From NCBI GenBank assembly GCA_963836205.1, contig CAWIIV010000017.1, forward strand, positions 1 through 64,000: a stretch of DNA of 64,000 nt, written 5' to 3'. The DNA comes from an uncultured Acidimicrobiia bacterium. GTDB lineage: Bacteria > Actinomycetota > Acidimicrobiia > Acidimicrobiales > AC-14. Position numbers and translations under genes: made by a program. Each line of letters begins with the position of its first letter. The first letter of the stretch is position 1. The notes under the pieces were generated by a model that had not been told where the DNA came from, did no database searches, and saw only the letters and a program-made list of their open reading frames with translations. This document shows positions 31,661-41,675 of this stretch, piece by piece.

Positions 31661-32838
31661 TCAGCAGTACCGGGTGAGGGTCGGGTACGGATTCTCGTAC
31701 CCGCTGCCGCCGGGGTGGATCTCGAAGTGCAGGTGGGGAGCGGTGCTGGCCGCGTCGCCGGTGTTGCCCACGTAGCCGACCACCGTCCCCTGGGTCACCC
31801 GCCCGCTGGCGCCGTACTCGTCGAGGTGGGCGCCGAAGTACTCGTTGCCGTCGTCGCCGTCGAGGTAGTAGGCCAGCCCGCTGACGGCGCCGGAGCGGTG
31901 CCGCACCTCCCCGTCGACGCTGGCCACCACCGGAGTCCCCCGGGCAGCCAGGATGTCGTTGCCCTGGTGGGAGAACCCTCCCCCCGGGGAGCGCCGTAGT
32001 CGTCGCTGAAGGCGTGCGGCCCCTGGACAGGACAGAGCCAGTCCGACGGCTCCGGTTCCACGGGGTCGTCGGCCGGAGGGGCCGTCGTGGGGGTGGTCGG
32101 GGTCGTCCGCCTGGTCGGGGTGGTCGGTGTGGTCGTCGGGCTGGGCGTGGCCGGCGCGGGGGTGGCGGTGAGGGGGCCGGCGGTGGACTGACCGCTGGAG
32201 GATGCCTGCTGCGACCCGCCGCTGGTGGCGGCCGCGGAGGCCGCCCGCCCCTCCGCCTCCTGCCTCTCCGCCGCCTCGGCCGCTTCGGCCGCGGCCCTGG
32301 CCACCTCCTCGGTCAGCCGGTCGAGCTCCTCGATGGCGTCGGCCTGGCGGGCGCGGTGGTCCTCGAGGGTCTCGGCGTGGGACTCCTGTTGCCGTTCGAG
32401 ATCGGCCTGTTCCCGGCGCAGGTCCTCCCGGTCGGCTCGGAACTGCTGGAGGGCGTCGGTGGAGGCGGCCGCGACCACGTGGCTGTACTGCTGCGCCCGC
32501 ACGACGTCGTTGGCGTCGGCCATGCGCAGGATGCGGAGGACCGGAGCCGCCCCGCCCACGTACAGCCGGATGGCGAGCTCGCGGACCCGCTCCCGGGTGG
32601 CGCCCACGCGGGCGTCGACGGCGTCCACCCGGGCCTGGACGTGGGCGACCGCGTCCTCCGCCCGGGCGATCGCCGACTCCGCCTCGGCCAGCTCGGCGGC
32701 AGCCCGGTTGGCCCGGGCCTGGGCCTCCTCCAGGTCGTCCTCCGGCGCAGCCGACGCCACCATCGGCAGCCACATGAGGGCGACCACGACGACGAGAAGC
32801 CGCGTCGAGCAGGCGCGAAACCGTCGGCGACCCCCCAT
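31661..32838 (-). CDS. Secreted coiled-coil M23 peptidase, frameshift near 31985
   Basis: Signal peptide, coiled coil, Thr/Pro linker, CPV, HQGND, AHL, GNTG, PHLHFE; shift lies in a G/C run. Confidence 0.88.
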
Positions 32839-32860
32839 GACCCGCCCGACTGTAGGCCAG

Positions 32861-32869
32861 TTATCCACA
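32861..32869 (+). promoter_or_regulatory. DnaA box consensus
   Basis: TTATCCACA about 23 nt upstream of the M23 ATG, next to a TACAGT -10-like hexamer on the minus strand. Confidence 0.35.
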
Positions 32870-32960
32870 GGAGACCCGTCAGGCAGGAGGCCCGACCGCC
32901 GAGTGCTGCACGGATGCCGCCGTCGTGGATGGCCACGCGGCGATCACCCGCCGGACCTGC

Positions 32961-33297
32961 CGAGCAGTGGCACATAGGGCCCCCGAAGGGCCCACTCGTG
33001 CCACCTGCTCGCCGAAACCGGGGGCTGCGGCCCCGAGCGAGTGGCACTACCGGGCCCTCGGAGGGACCTCTGTGCCTCTTGCACGCTCGGCCCCGGCAGC
33101 CCTGCCGAGCAGAGGCGCGGCAGATCTCGGGCTGGACTCCTCACCCGCTCGCCGGGGCCGGCGGCTGCCGAGCGATTGGCACGGAAACCCCGTGGAGGGG
33201 GCACTCGTGGCGATCGCTCGCAGGGCTCGGGCGGCGTTTCGAGCGATTGGCACGGAACCCCCGTGGAGGGGGCACTCGTGGCGATCGCTCGCAGGGC
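32961..33297. repeat. Cluster of REP-like palindromic units
   Basis: 57-nt direct repeat 33170-33226 / 33241-33297 (1 mismatch) and related hairpins at 32961-33011 and 33034-33089. Confidence 0.8.
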
Positions 33298-33491
33298 GAA
33301 GGCAGGCAGCCCCAAGGGCTTCGGAGTGCTCGGGGCGAGGGGTGGTCGGGCGAGGCCACGCCCGCCGCGCGCGTCGAACGGCCAACCGACCACCCAACCA
33401 CTCGGCTCAAGAACAGCTCCGGCAAAGATCGGCGACTCGACTGCGATAACCCATTCGGTCGCCCGACGGGAGCGGCCGGTACCCTCCTTTG

Positions 33492-34002
33492 GTGACCATC
33501 GCCCGCCTGCCCCACGTGGCGGTCGTCGGCGGCAGCGAGGCCGGCCCGGTCGACCTGAAAGGTGGCCGAGGACCTCGGCCGGGAGTTGGCCACCCGGGGT
33601 GCGGTGGTGGTGTGCGGCGGCCTCGGCGGGGTGATGGAGGCGGCCTGCCGGGGCGCCCGCGAGGCCGGTGGCCACACCATCGGCATCCTCCCCGGCCACG
33701 ACCGCGGCCAGGCCAACCCCCACGTCGAGATAGCGGTGGCCACCGGCCTGGGCGAGGGCCGGAACCTGGTCGTCGTCCGCACCGCCGACGTGGTGGTGGC
33801 GGTCGGCGGCGAGTTCGGCACCCTCTCCGAGATCGCCTTCGCCCTCCGCCTCGGCACCCCGGTGGTGGGCATCGACACCTGGGAACTGGCCAAGGACGGT
33901 CGTCCCGTCGACGCCGTGGTCCGGGTCGACACCGCCGCGGCCGCCGCTGAGGTGGCCGTGGCGCGGGCTCAGGCGATCTTGCGCAGCACCACCAGGGAGT
34001 AG
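33492..34002 (+). CDS. TIGR00725/LOG-family protein, frameshift near 33560
   Basis: VAVVGG, CGGLGGVMEA, GILPG, RN, GTLSEIA. Confidence 0.85.
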
Positions 34003-36116
34003 GCGAGCAGGCCCACCTCGTCCCCGGCGGGGAAGACCACCCCGTCGCGATGGTCGGCGGTGTCGAGCACCAGCTCGAACGACGACGCCCAGCCCTTGCC
34101 CGGCAGGCGGAACTCCACCGGGTTGGGACCGTTGAGCAGCACCAGGAAGCTGTCGTCGACGATCTGCTGGCCCCGCGGTCCCGGCTCCGAGATCTCGTCG
34201 CCGTTGAGGAACATGCCCAGCGCCCGCACCGTGCTCTCGGCCCACTGCCGTTCGGTCATCTCCCGGCCGTCGGGACCGAACCAGCCGATGTCGGCCAGGC
34301 CCGCTTCGCCGAGCGGCCGGCCGTGGATGGGACGGCCTTGGAAGAACCGCCGCCGCCGGAACACGGGATGGTCGTGCCGCAGCCGGAGGAGACGCCGGGT
34401 GTAGTCGCGGAGGTCGGATGCGGCCGGGCCCAGGTCCCAGTCGACCCACGACAGGGGGTTGTCCTGGCAGTAGCCGTTGTTGTTGCCCCGTTGCGTGCGG
34501 CCCATCTCGTCTCCCGCCACCAGCATCGGCACCCCCTGCGAAAGCAGGAGCGTGGCCAGGAAGTTCCGCTGCTGGCGGGCCCGCAGGGCGAGCACCTCGG
34601 TGTCGTCGGTATCGCCCTCCACCCCGCAGTTCCACGATCGGTTGTCGTCGGACCCGTCCCGGTTGTGCTCGCCGTTGCCCTCGTTGTGCTTCCGGTCGTA
34701 CGACACCAGGTCCCGCAACGTGAACCCGTCGTGGGCGGTGACGAAGTTGATCGACGCCGACGGCTTGCGGGCGCTGCCCTGGTAGAGGTCGCTCGACCCG
34801 GTGAGGCGGTAGCCCATCTCGGCCAGGCTGGCGCCCTTCCCCCGCCAGAAGTCCCTCACCGCGTCCCGGTACTTCCCGTTCCATTCCGTCCACAGGACAG
34901 GGAAGTTTCCGACCTGGTAGCCGCCCTCCCCCAGGTCCCACGGCTCGGCGATGAGCTTGACCGCGGACACGACCGGGTCCTGGTGGATGAGGTCGAAGAA
35001 CGAGCTCAGGCGGTCGGCCGCGTGCATGCCCCGGGCCAGAGCGGAGGCGAGGTCGAAGCGGAAGCCGTCGACGTGCATGTCGGTGACCCAGTAGCGCAGG
35101 CTGTCGAGGATGAGGTGGAGGACCTCGGGGTGGCCGGCGTTGAGGGTGTTGCCGCAGCCGGTGAAGTCGACGTAGCGGCGCTGGTCGCCCGCCGCCAGCC
35201 GGTAGTAGGAGGGGTTGTCGATCCCCCGCAGGCTGAGGGTGGGGCCGAACTGGTCGCCCTCGGCCGTGTGGTTGTAGACGACGTCGAGGATGACCTCGAT
35301 GCCCGCCGCGTGCAGGGCCCGCACCATCGACTTGAACTCCCGCACCTGCTCGCCCCGGGTGCCGGACGACGAGTACTCGGTGTGGGGGGCGAAGTAGCCG
35401 AGGGTGTTGTAGCCCCAGTAATTGGTCAGGCCCCGACGGAGCAGGTGGGGCTCCGACACGAAGTGGTGGACGGGCATCAACTCCACCGCGGTGACCCCGA
35501 GCCCGACCAGGTAGTCGATCACCGGCGGGCTGGCCAGGCCGGCGTAGGTGCCCCGCAGGCGGGGAGGGACGTCGGGGTGGAGGGCGGTGAACCCCTTGAC
35601 GTGCAGCTCGTAGATCACGGTGTCGTGCCACGGGGTGCGGGGATGGGTGTCGTCGCCCCACGGGAAGAGGGGGTCGGCCACCACCGATCGGGGGACGTGG
35701 GCGGCCGAGTCGCGCCGGTCGCGCTGGTCGTCGGAGCCGCCCGTGCTGTGGCCGAAGACGGCCTCGTGCCAGTCGAGGCGGCCGTCGATGGCCAGGGCGT
35801 AGGGGTCGACGAGGAGCTTGGACGGGTTGAAGCGCAGGCCCCGCGCCGGGTCCCATGGGCCCTCGACCCGGTAGCCGTAACGCTGGCCCGGCATCACCCC
35901 GGGGAGGTAGCCGTGCCACACATGGCCGTCGACCTCGGTCAGGGGAAGGCGCAGCTCGACGCTCGCCGGGAGCCGCCCGAGAGACCCGCTCAGAGCGTCT
36001 TCGTCGAAGAGACAGAGCTCCACCGAGGAGGCGCGCTCGCTGAAGAGGGCGAAGTTGGTACCCTGGCCATCCCAGGTGGCTCCCGGAGGTGACGGGTTGC
36101 CAGGCCAGAGCTCCAT
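33969..36116 (-). CDS. glgX: Glycogen debranching enzyme
   Basis: NYWGYN, DVVYNHTAEG, DGFRFDLA, IAEPWD, TAHDGFTL, GNNNGYCQDN. Confidence 0.96.
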   Translation of the reverse strand: MELWPGNPSPPGATWDGQGTNFALFSERASSVELCLFDEDALSGSLGRLPASVELRLPLTEVDGHVWHGYLPGVMPGQRYGYRVEGPWDPARGLRFNPSKLLVDPYALAIDGRLDWHEAVFGHSTGGSDDQRDRRDSAAHVPRSVVADPLFPWGDDTHPRTPWHDTVIYELHVKGFTALHPDVPPRLRGTYAGLASPPVIDYLVGLGVTAVELMPVHHFVSEPHLLRRGLTNYWGYNTLGYFAPHTEYSSSGTRGEQVREFKSMVRALHAAGIEVILDVVYNHTAEGDQFGPTLSLRGIDNPSYYRLAAGDQRRYVDFTGCGNTLNAGHPEVLHLILDSLRYWVTDMHVDGFRFDLASALARGMHAADRLSSFFDLIHQDPVVSAVKLIAEPWDLGEGGYQVGNFPVLWTEWNGKYRDAVRDFWRGKGASLAEMGYRLTGSSDLYQGSARKPSASINFVTAHDGFTLRDLVSYDRKHNEGNGEHNRDGSDDNRSWNCGVEGDTDDTEVLALRARQQRNFLATLLLSQGVPMLVAGDEMGRTQRGNNNGYCQDNPLSWVDWDLGPAASDLRDYTRRLLRLRHDHPVFRRRRFFQGRPIHGRPLGEAGLADIGWFGPDGREMTERQWAESTVRALGMFLNGDEISEPGPRGQQIVDDSFLVLLNGPNPVEFRLPGKGWASSFELVLDTADHRDGVVFPAGDEVGLLAYSLVVLRKIA

Positions 36117-36168
36117 GACGGGTAGCTAAGCCCACGGGGGCACGCAACCGCACGGGGAGGGGAACTTT

Positions 36169-36657
36169 TTGGCGAGCAACCCGGCGCAAGGACCCGGCGG
36201 GCTCCAGGGACTGGCAACGCGGTGGAACCATCTGGCTCGGCCGTGGCGGGTGAACGTGGCCCTCTACGGCCTCACCGCCTTGTCGCTCATCGCCCTGTTG
36301 TTCGAGCTGGTCTCGGGGGGCGACCCCGCGCCGTCGGTCAACCTGGCCAGCCAGAATCCCACCACCACCATCGCCACCTCGTCGGTGCCGACGACGAGGC
36401 CGAGCACCACCACCTCCACGTCGGCCAGCTCCACCACCAGCACCACCCAGGCGGTGACCGTCACGACCAGGCGCCCGGTGATCACCGAGCCCGAGCCCGA
36501 ACCGGAGCCCGAGCCCGAGCCGGAGGAGACGACCACGACCAGCGAGGTGATCGAGGAGACGACCACGTCGTCGATCCCCGAGGAGACCACCACCATCCCC
36601 CCGGAGACGACGACCTCGGTGGTAGCCCAGGAACCCACCACGACCGCGCCCGCGTAG
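36169..36657 (+). CDS. Single-TM protein with Thr/Pro/Glu-rich tail
   Basis: One TM helix, then T-rich and EP-repeat low-complexity region. Confidence 0.6.
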   Translation: MASNPAQGPGGLQGLATRWNHLARPWRVNVALYGLTALSLIALLFELVSGGDPAPSVNLASQNPTTTIATSSVPTTRPSTTTSTSASSTTSTTQAVTVTTRRPVITEPEPEPEPEPEPEETTTTSEVIEETTTSSIPEETTTIPPETTTSVVAQEPTTTAPA

Positions 36658-36678
36658 TTTGAAGCCGAGGATCGCACC

Positions 36679-37317
36679 ATGGGCATGAACCCGGAAGACT
36701 TCTGGCACCCGCAGCCGGACTACGGCTACGACGACGAGTACGCGCCCGCGTGGTGGCATTTCCGCGCCCGGTGGTCGTTGATGCCCAACGCCTACCGCCT
36801 CAACTCGGTGCTCTACGTGCTGGGCGCCGTGTCCCTGGTGGTGCTCCTCCTCGAGCTCACCATCGGTGGCGGTGACGGGGGCGACACCGACCTCGACTCC
36901 GCCAGCAGGGTGGCAGCCGTGCCTACCAGCACCACCACCACCACCATCCGCGCCGCCCGCACCACCACCAGCCGGGTGGTGCCGAGCAGCACCACGTCGA
37001 CGGTGGCCCGGTCGACACCCACCACCCGCCGGACGGCGACGGGGGGCGGTGGCACCGGGGGCGGGACGACCCCGGCCCCGGCGCCGCCCGCAGCGTCCGA
37101 CGACGAGCCCGGAGACACCACCCCGCCGGACGGCGTCAGCGACACCAGCCCGCCCGACACCACCGAGCCCACGTCGCCGCCGAACACCTCACCGGCATCG
37201 ACGTCACCGACCACGCCGCCGACGACCTCCGATGACGGACCCCCGCCCACCCTGCCACCCATCACCCGGCCCGACATCACCTTTCCCACCTTCACCATCC
37301 CGACCCCCAGGAGGTAA
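36679..37317 (+). CDS. Single-TM protein with Thr/Pro-rich tail (paralog of previous gene)
   Basis: RLNSVLYVLGAVSLVVLLLEL aligns with RVNVALYGLTALSLIALLFEL. Confidence 0.65.
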   Translation: MGMNPEDFWHPQPDYGYDDEYAPAWWHFRARWSLMPNAYRLNSVLYVLGAVSLVVLLLELTIGGGDGGDTDLDSASRVAAVPTSTTTTTIRAARTTTSRVVPSSTTSTVARSTPTTRRTATGGGGTGGGTTPAPAPPAASDDEPGDTTPPDGVSDTSPPDTTEPTSPPNTSPASTSPTTPPTTSDDGPPPTLPPITRPDITFPTFTIPTPRR

Positions 37318-37323
37318 CGCCCA

Positions 37324-37518
37324 ATGGACCTCGGCGACCTGGCCAAGAAGGCCAAGGACCTGGCCGAAGAGCACGGCGACAAGCTCGACGGCGTGGTCGA
37401 CAAGGTGGCCGACGTGGCCAAGGACCGCATCGACGGCCACGACGACCAGATCGACTCCGCCGCGTCCAAGGTCAAGGGCCTCCTTGGCCAGAGCGACCCC
37501 AAGGACCCCGAGGAGTAG
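37324..37518 (+). CDS. Rv0909/MT0933-like small protein
   Basis: KKAKDLAEEHGDKLDGVVDKVAD...HDDQID; AGGAGG RBS. Confidence 0.7.
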   Translation: MDLGDLAKKAKDLAEEHGDKLDGVVDKVADVAKDRIDGHDDQIDSAASKVKGLLGQSDPKDPEE

Positions 37519-37547
37519 ACCCCGCCGCCGTCGCGGGCAGAACCTGG

Positions 37548-38408
37548 TCAGGGCGCCGGTTCGTCCGCGGCCGCGAGGGGACGGGTGCCGCCGCGGCGGC
37601 GGGCGTCGACCACCGCCAGGGCCGCCACCGCCAGAGCCGGCACCCCTACGACCCCGGCCAGCCCGAGGGGGAGGGCGAACCGGCCGTGGGCCGCGCTTCC
37701 CACTCCGGCGTAGACCACCGCCAGGCCGACGTTGGCCAGCCCGCACACCGCCGCCGTCCGGCCGACCGGAGCCCGAGCCGCGCCGGCCAGCACCACCGCC
37801 GCCTCGCTCAGGATCGGCACCGGGCGGGTGAGGAACAGCGTGATCACGCCCGGACGGCTGCCCGCCCGGGCCCACGCCCGCCGATCCCGGCCGACCACCC
37901 GTTCGACGACGGGCGCGCCGGCCAGCCGACCGATCAGGTACCCGAGCACGTTGCCGAGGCACAGCCCGGCGCCGATGGCGGCGCTGGCGGTCACGAAGCC
38001 CAGCCGCTGGCCGGCGACGGTGGCCAGGACGCTGGACGGCACCGGCAGCACCGTGTCCAGCCCGAGGAGGGCGACGACCAGCCCGGCGACCCCCGCGGCA
38101 CCGGTCGTCGACTCCAGCACCCGTTCGGCCCACGTGTCGACGCGGGTGCCGAGGAGCAGGATCGGAAGGGAGCAGAAGACGACCGCGCCGGCGCCGATCA
38201 GAACCCATCGCAGGCGAACGCGGTCGGGCGGGCGGCGCCCGATCGGAGCCGACGATCGCACGTCGCCGCCGGTGGCGGTCAACTGTCCCGGTCCCGTCGG
38301 CGGGTTCAACGTCCGTGCACCGGTCCTCCTCGGACATGCACCGAACTCCAGTGGAAATGTAGCCCCGGGCCCTTCGCGCCGGCCTCGGACGCTCGACGAC
38401 GAGTGCAT
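37548..38408 (-). CDS. DedA/VTT-domain membrane protein (start uncertain)
   Basis: DTVLPVPSS, GYLIGR, TRPVPILSE. Confidence 0.75.
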   Translation of the reverse strand: MHSSSSVRGRREGPGATFPLEFGACPRRTGARTLNPPTGPGQLTATGGDVRSSAPIGRRPPDRVRLRWVLIGAGAVVFCSLPILLLGTRVDTWAERVLESTTGAAGVAGLVVALLGLDTVLPVPSSVLATVAGQRLGFVTASAAIGAGLCLGNVLGYLIGRLAGAPVVERVVGRDRRAWARAGSRPGVITLFLTRPVPILSEAAVVLAGAARAPVGRTAAVCGLANVGLAVVYAGVGSAAHGRFALPLGLAGVVGVPALAVAALAVVDARRRGGTRPLAAADEPAP

Positions 38409-38606
38409 GAAAGCGGGGGGCTAGCACCCGCGCCGCGGTGACGTGCCTCCACCCTTTTCTCGTCGCCGGTCCCTTGCGACGATGTCGCGGTCCTGCGGCG
38501 GAGGGTACGGAGATCGTTCTCAACGAGGAGGAGTCCCCGATCCCGAAACACCATCCCTGTCCTGCTTCCCGCCCGGGCCGCGGTCCGGGCGCCGGGCGGT
38601 GAGGAG

Positions 38607-40199
38607 ATGAAACCCACCGCACGTATCCCCAGCGTCGCCGTCCTCGTCCTGAGTTGCCTGGCGTTCGCCACCAGCCTCATCGTGGCGACGGCACCGGCGG
38701 CCTCGGCGCTGAGCACGGTGACCCTGCGGGTCGTGATCGAACGGGTCGACGAGCAGGGCTGCACCGACAACCTCAGCGGCTCCGACTTCTACGGCCAGAT
38801 CGACATCGAGGGCCAGGCCTTCGACTTCGGCCGGATCGACGGCGAGGACACGATCACGCCCAACTGGACGGCGGAGAAGGTGCTCGACGCCAACACGGTG
38901 TCGTCCGCCACGGTCGTCATCCGGGTCGCCGACTACGACACCTTCCTGAAGTTCGGCGACGACGTCTGCGACATCAGCCGCAACGACGGCACCGATCTCG
39001 ACCTGGAGATCCCCCTGTTCCCGTGCTCGGTCACCGGGGACGCCACCGGCAGCTGCGCCACCTCCATCGACACCGGCGGCAGCGGTGGCGGCCAGGGCGA
39101 CGTCGACTTGCGGTTCCGGGTCGAGGTCGACCTGCCGGCGTCCACCCCGGGGCTCACCGTGCGGTGCACCCACGCCCCGCTGTGGCCCCAACCAGGCGAC
39201 AACGTCACCATCACCGTCGAGTCGTTCGACGGCTCGGTGCAGGTCGGAGACACCCAGGCGGACACCTCGAGTGGGGCCGCGCCGCCCCTCGTCGACCACA
39301 CCAAGATCGCCGATCACGTCGAGATCTGGGTGGGCGACCGGACGGGTCCCGACGTCGACCTCACCAACAAGACCACGGCCACCTTCGTGGTCAACAACGT
39401 CGCCGCCGGTGACCTCCTCTACAGCTGCCGGGTGCAGGACGACGGCGACACCGTCTTCACCGGCTGGCGGCGAACCCGGGTGGGTGCTCCCGCCGAGGGC
39501 AACGCGGTGCCGGTCATGTTCCTCGGAGAGCGGGCCAACCGGGCCGACATCGTCTTCATCCCCGACATGGACAGCTACACCGGGGCGACCGACCCCACCT
39601 TCCTCAGCGATGCCGCCGATGTGATCAAGGGTGCCTACTACGGCCAGGACTACTTCCTCACCAACCAGCAGAACATCAACTTCTGGCTGGCCGACCAGAC
39701 CGGTGACGCCGACCGGGTGGCGGCGCCCACGCCGGCCGATCCGAGCAACACCAACTGCGTGCTCACCCTCCCCGGCAACTGGGGCGACTACAGCTGGCGG
39801 GACAGCGGTGCCATCCTGCACCGCGACACGTTCCGGGACTGCGCCAACAGCGGTGTCTTCTCGACGGAGCCGACATCGCTCGGCACCGTGTTGCACGAGT
39901 CGGGTCACTCCCCGTTCGGGCTGGCCGACGAGTACTGCTGCGACGGCGGCTACTTCGAGAACGGTCCGAACCCGAACATGTTCGACTCGATGGCCGAGTG
40001 CCAGGCCGACGCGCCGGGGCTCGGGCGGATGGCTTCCGCCTGCCGCACCGTCACCGACCCCGGGCCACCGTCGGTCAGCTGGTTCCTCTCCGAACCCACC
40101 CCGAACGACCTCATGAACAGCGACCGCCGACCACCACAGGCGGCCGACATTCGACGAATGAACTGGTTCATGGACAACTGCCGGGCCGGAAAGTGCTGA
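38607..40199 (+). CDS. Secreted Cys-rich zinc metallopeptidase (M64-like)
   Basis: Signal peptide; DIVFIPD, INFW, VLHESGHSPFGLADEY, PN, LM. Confidence 0.7.
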   Translation: MKPTARIPSVAVLVLSCLAFATSLIVATAPAASALSTVTLRVVIERVDEQGCTDNLSGSDFYGQIDIEGQAFDFGRIDGEDTITPNWTAEKVLDANTVSSATVVIRVADYDTFLKFGDDVCDISRNDGTDLDLEIPLFPCSVTGDATGSCATSIDTGGSGGGQGDVDLRFRVEVDLPASTPGLTVRCTHAPLWPQPGDNVTITVESFDGSVQVGDTQADTSSGAAPPLVDHTKIADHVEIWVGDRTGPDVDLTNKTTATFVVNNVAAGDLLYSCRVQDDGDTVFTGWRRTRVGAPAEGNAVPVMFLGERANRADIVFIPDMDSYTGATDPTFLSDAADVIKGAYYGQDYFLTNQQNINFWLADQTGDADRVAAPTPADPSNTNCVLTLPGNWGDYSWRDSGAILHRDTFRDCANSGVFSTEPTSLGTVLHESGHSPFGLADEYCCDGGYFENGPNPNMFDSMAECQADAPGLGRMASACRTVTDPGPPSVSWFLSEPTPNDLMNSDRRPPQAADIRRMNWFMDNCRAGKC

Positions 40200-40212
40200 G
40201 GGAGATCACACG

Positions 40213-41505
40213 ATGAAACTTCGACACACCTTCGCCGTGGTCGGCGCCCTCGCCGCCACCCTCGCAGTCGCCTCGTTGCCGACCTCGGCCACGATCGTCG
40301 ACGACACCAACCCGGCCACCGCGCCGCAGCCCGAGTACGACTACGCCGACACCTCCAAGTCATTCCTCGTCGACCTCCAGTTCGGAGACAGCTCGGCGAC
40401 GCTGGTGCAGGCCGCAGTCGGCAACGAGCGCTCCTACTCCCATCTGGGTGACCCCCCGTTGCTCCGGGTGTCGCTCACCGACGAGGACGGTGCCGCCGCC
40501 GGTTCGTTCAACGCCTGGGACCCGCGCTGGGTCCTCGACGAGGTCCCCGGCGGTGGCGAGCGGTTGGTCGTCCGCCCCGGAGCGGGCCAGATCACGACCG
40601 CCTTCGACGGTGACGTGGCGACGATGCTCGTCCACGACCAGGTGGCCGGCACCGACCTGGCCACCGTCGACCTGCGCCCGACCGTTCGGGAGTTCTGCAC
40701 CGACCATCCTGACGACCCCGAGTGCGTCGAGGCCGACCTCGTGGTCACCTCGACCACGGCGACGGGTGACCCGCTCGGCGTCGTGGGCCAAGCCGTGCCC
40801 GTGACGGTTGCGGCGACAGTTGCCAACCTCGGACCCGATGGGCCCGTCGACGGCGACGTGACGCAGACGGCGGTCGCCTCCGCCGGCGCCACCGTCACCC
40901 CCGGGAGTCAGGCCATCGACGCCGACGGGCTGGCGGTGGGCAGCCCGGTGACCCTGAGCAGGCAGTACTCGGTCACCTGCGACACGCCGGGGGCCAAGAC
41001 GGTGGAGGTGACGACGTCGATCGTGCCGGAGAAGGCCAAGGTCGTCGATCTCGTCGCCGCCAACAACAGCCGGTCGGCGAGCTTCTCCGTCGACTGTGCG
41101 GTGCCGGTGACGTTGAACGTGAAGCCGGGCAGCCTGCGCAACCCGGTGAACATGAACAACGGCGCCATCCCGATGGCCGTCCTCACCACGCAGGCGGGCG
41201 AGTACGGCAACCCACTGGCCTTCGACGCCTCCGCCATCCAGGCGTCGACGGTGCGGGTCGGTTCCCGGACCGATCTCGTGGCCACGAACACCGGAGCCCC
41301 CGAGACGCACGGCAAGGTCCACCTCGAGAAGTCCCTCGAGCTCGACGAGACGACGAAGGATGGCGATCTGGACGCGGTGCTCCACGCCCGGTCGTCGGAG
41401 ATCCCGGTGGTGTCGACCACCACCGAGCTCTGCGTGCGGGGCCGCTTCGGCCCCGGCTCGGGCACCACGTTCTTCGGCTGCGACCACGTGGAGGTCGTCC
41501 CCTAA
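40213..41505 (+). CDS. Secreted beta-rich (CARDB/Ig-like) protein
   Basis: Signal peptide; ADLVVT...VANLGP; C-terminal VKPGS...NPVN...IPMAVL...DGDLD. Confidence 0.65.
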   Translation: MKLRHTFAVVGALAATLAVASLPTSATIVDDTNPATAPQPEYDYADTSKSFLVDLQFGDSSATLVQAAVGNERSYSHLGDPPLLRVSLTDEDGAAAGSFNAWDPRWVLDEVPGGGERLVVRPGAGQITTAFDGDVATMLVHDQVAGTDLATVDLRPTVREFCTDHPDDPECVEADLVVTSTTATGDPLGVVGQAVPVTVAATVANLGPDGPVDGDVTQTAVASAGATVTPGSQAIDADGLAVGSPVTLSRQYSVTCDTPGAKTVEVTTSIVPEKAKVVDLVAANNSRSASFSVDCAVPVTLNVKPGSLRNPVNMNNGAIPMAVLTTQAGEYGNPLAFDASAIQASTVRVGSRTDLVATNTGAPETHGKVHLEKSLELDETTKDGDLDAVLHARSSEIPVVSTTTELCVRGRFGPGSGTTFFGCDHVEVVP

Positions 41506-41531
41506 CGCCGACCGACCTGCTCTGACAAAGG

Positions 41532-41576
41532 CTCACGCGCTCTCGGAGCTGTTCGCCGAGAGCGCGTGAGTCTTTT
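41532..41576 (+). terminator. Intrinsic terminator between convergent operons
   Basis: 15-bp perfect stem CTCACGCGCTCTCGG/CCGAGAGCGCGTGAG followed by TCTTTT. Confidence 0.8.
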
Positions 41577-41675
41577 CACGGTGGTTGGGCCTCTGCCCCG
41601 GAGGACTCATGGAAGGCTCAACGCACATCGGGCGCGACCCGAGGTGGCGCCGCCGGCCTGATGGCAGGACCGTGC

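Noticed and set aside
33170-33297. Direct repeats as a CRISPR array
   Set aside because: Only two 57-nt units with a 14-nt gap, no cas genes, and inverted copies elsewhere; fits a REP-like element
32944-36759. 1271-aa ORF and other long Arg/Pro/Gly-rich ORFs (e.g. 58150-60930, 57033-59492, 12076-14379)
   Set aside because: Shadow frames of real genes (glgX, mfd, yfhO), typical of high-GC DNA; no motifs
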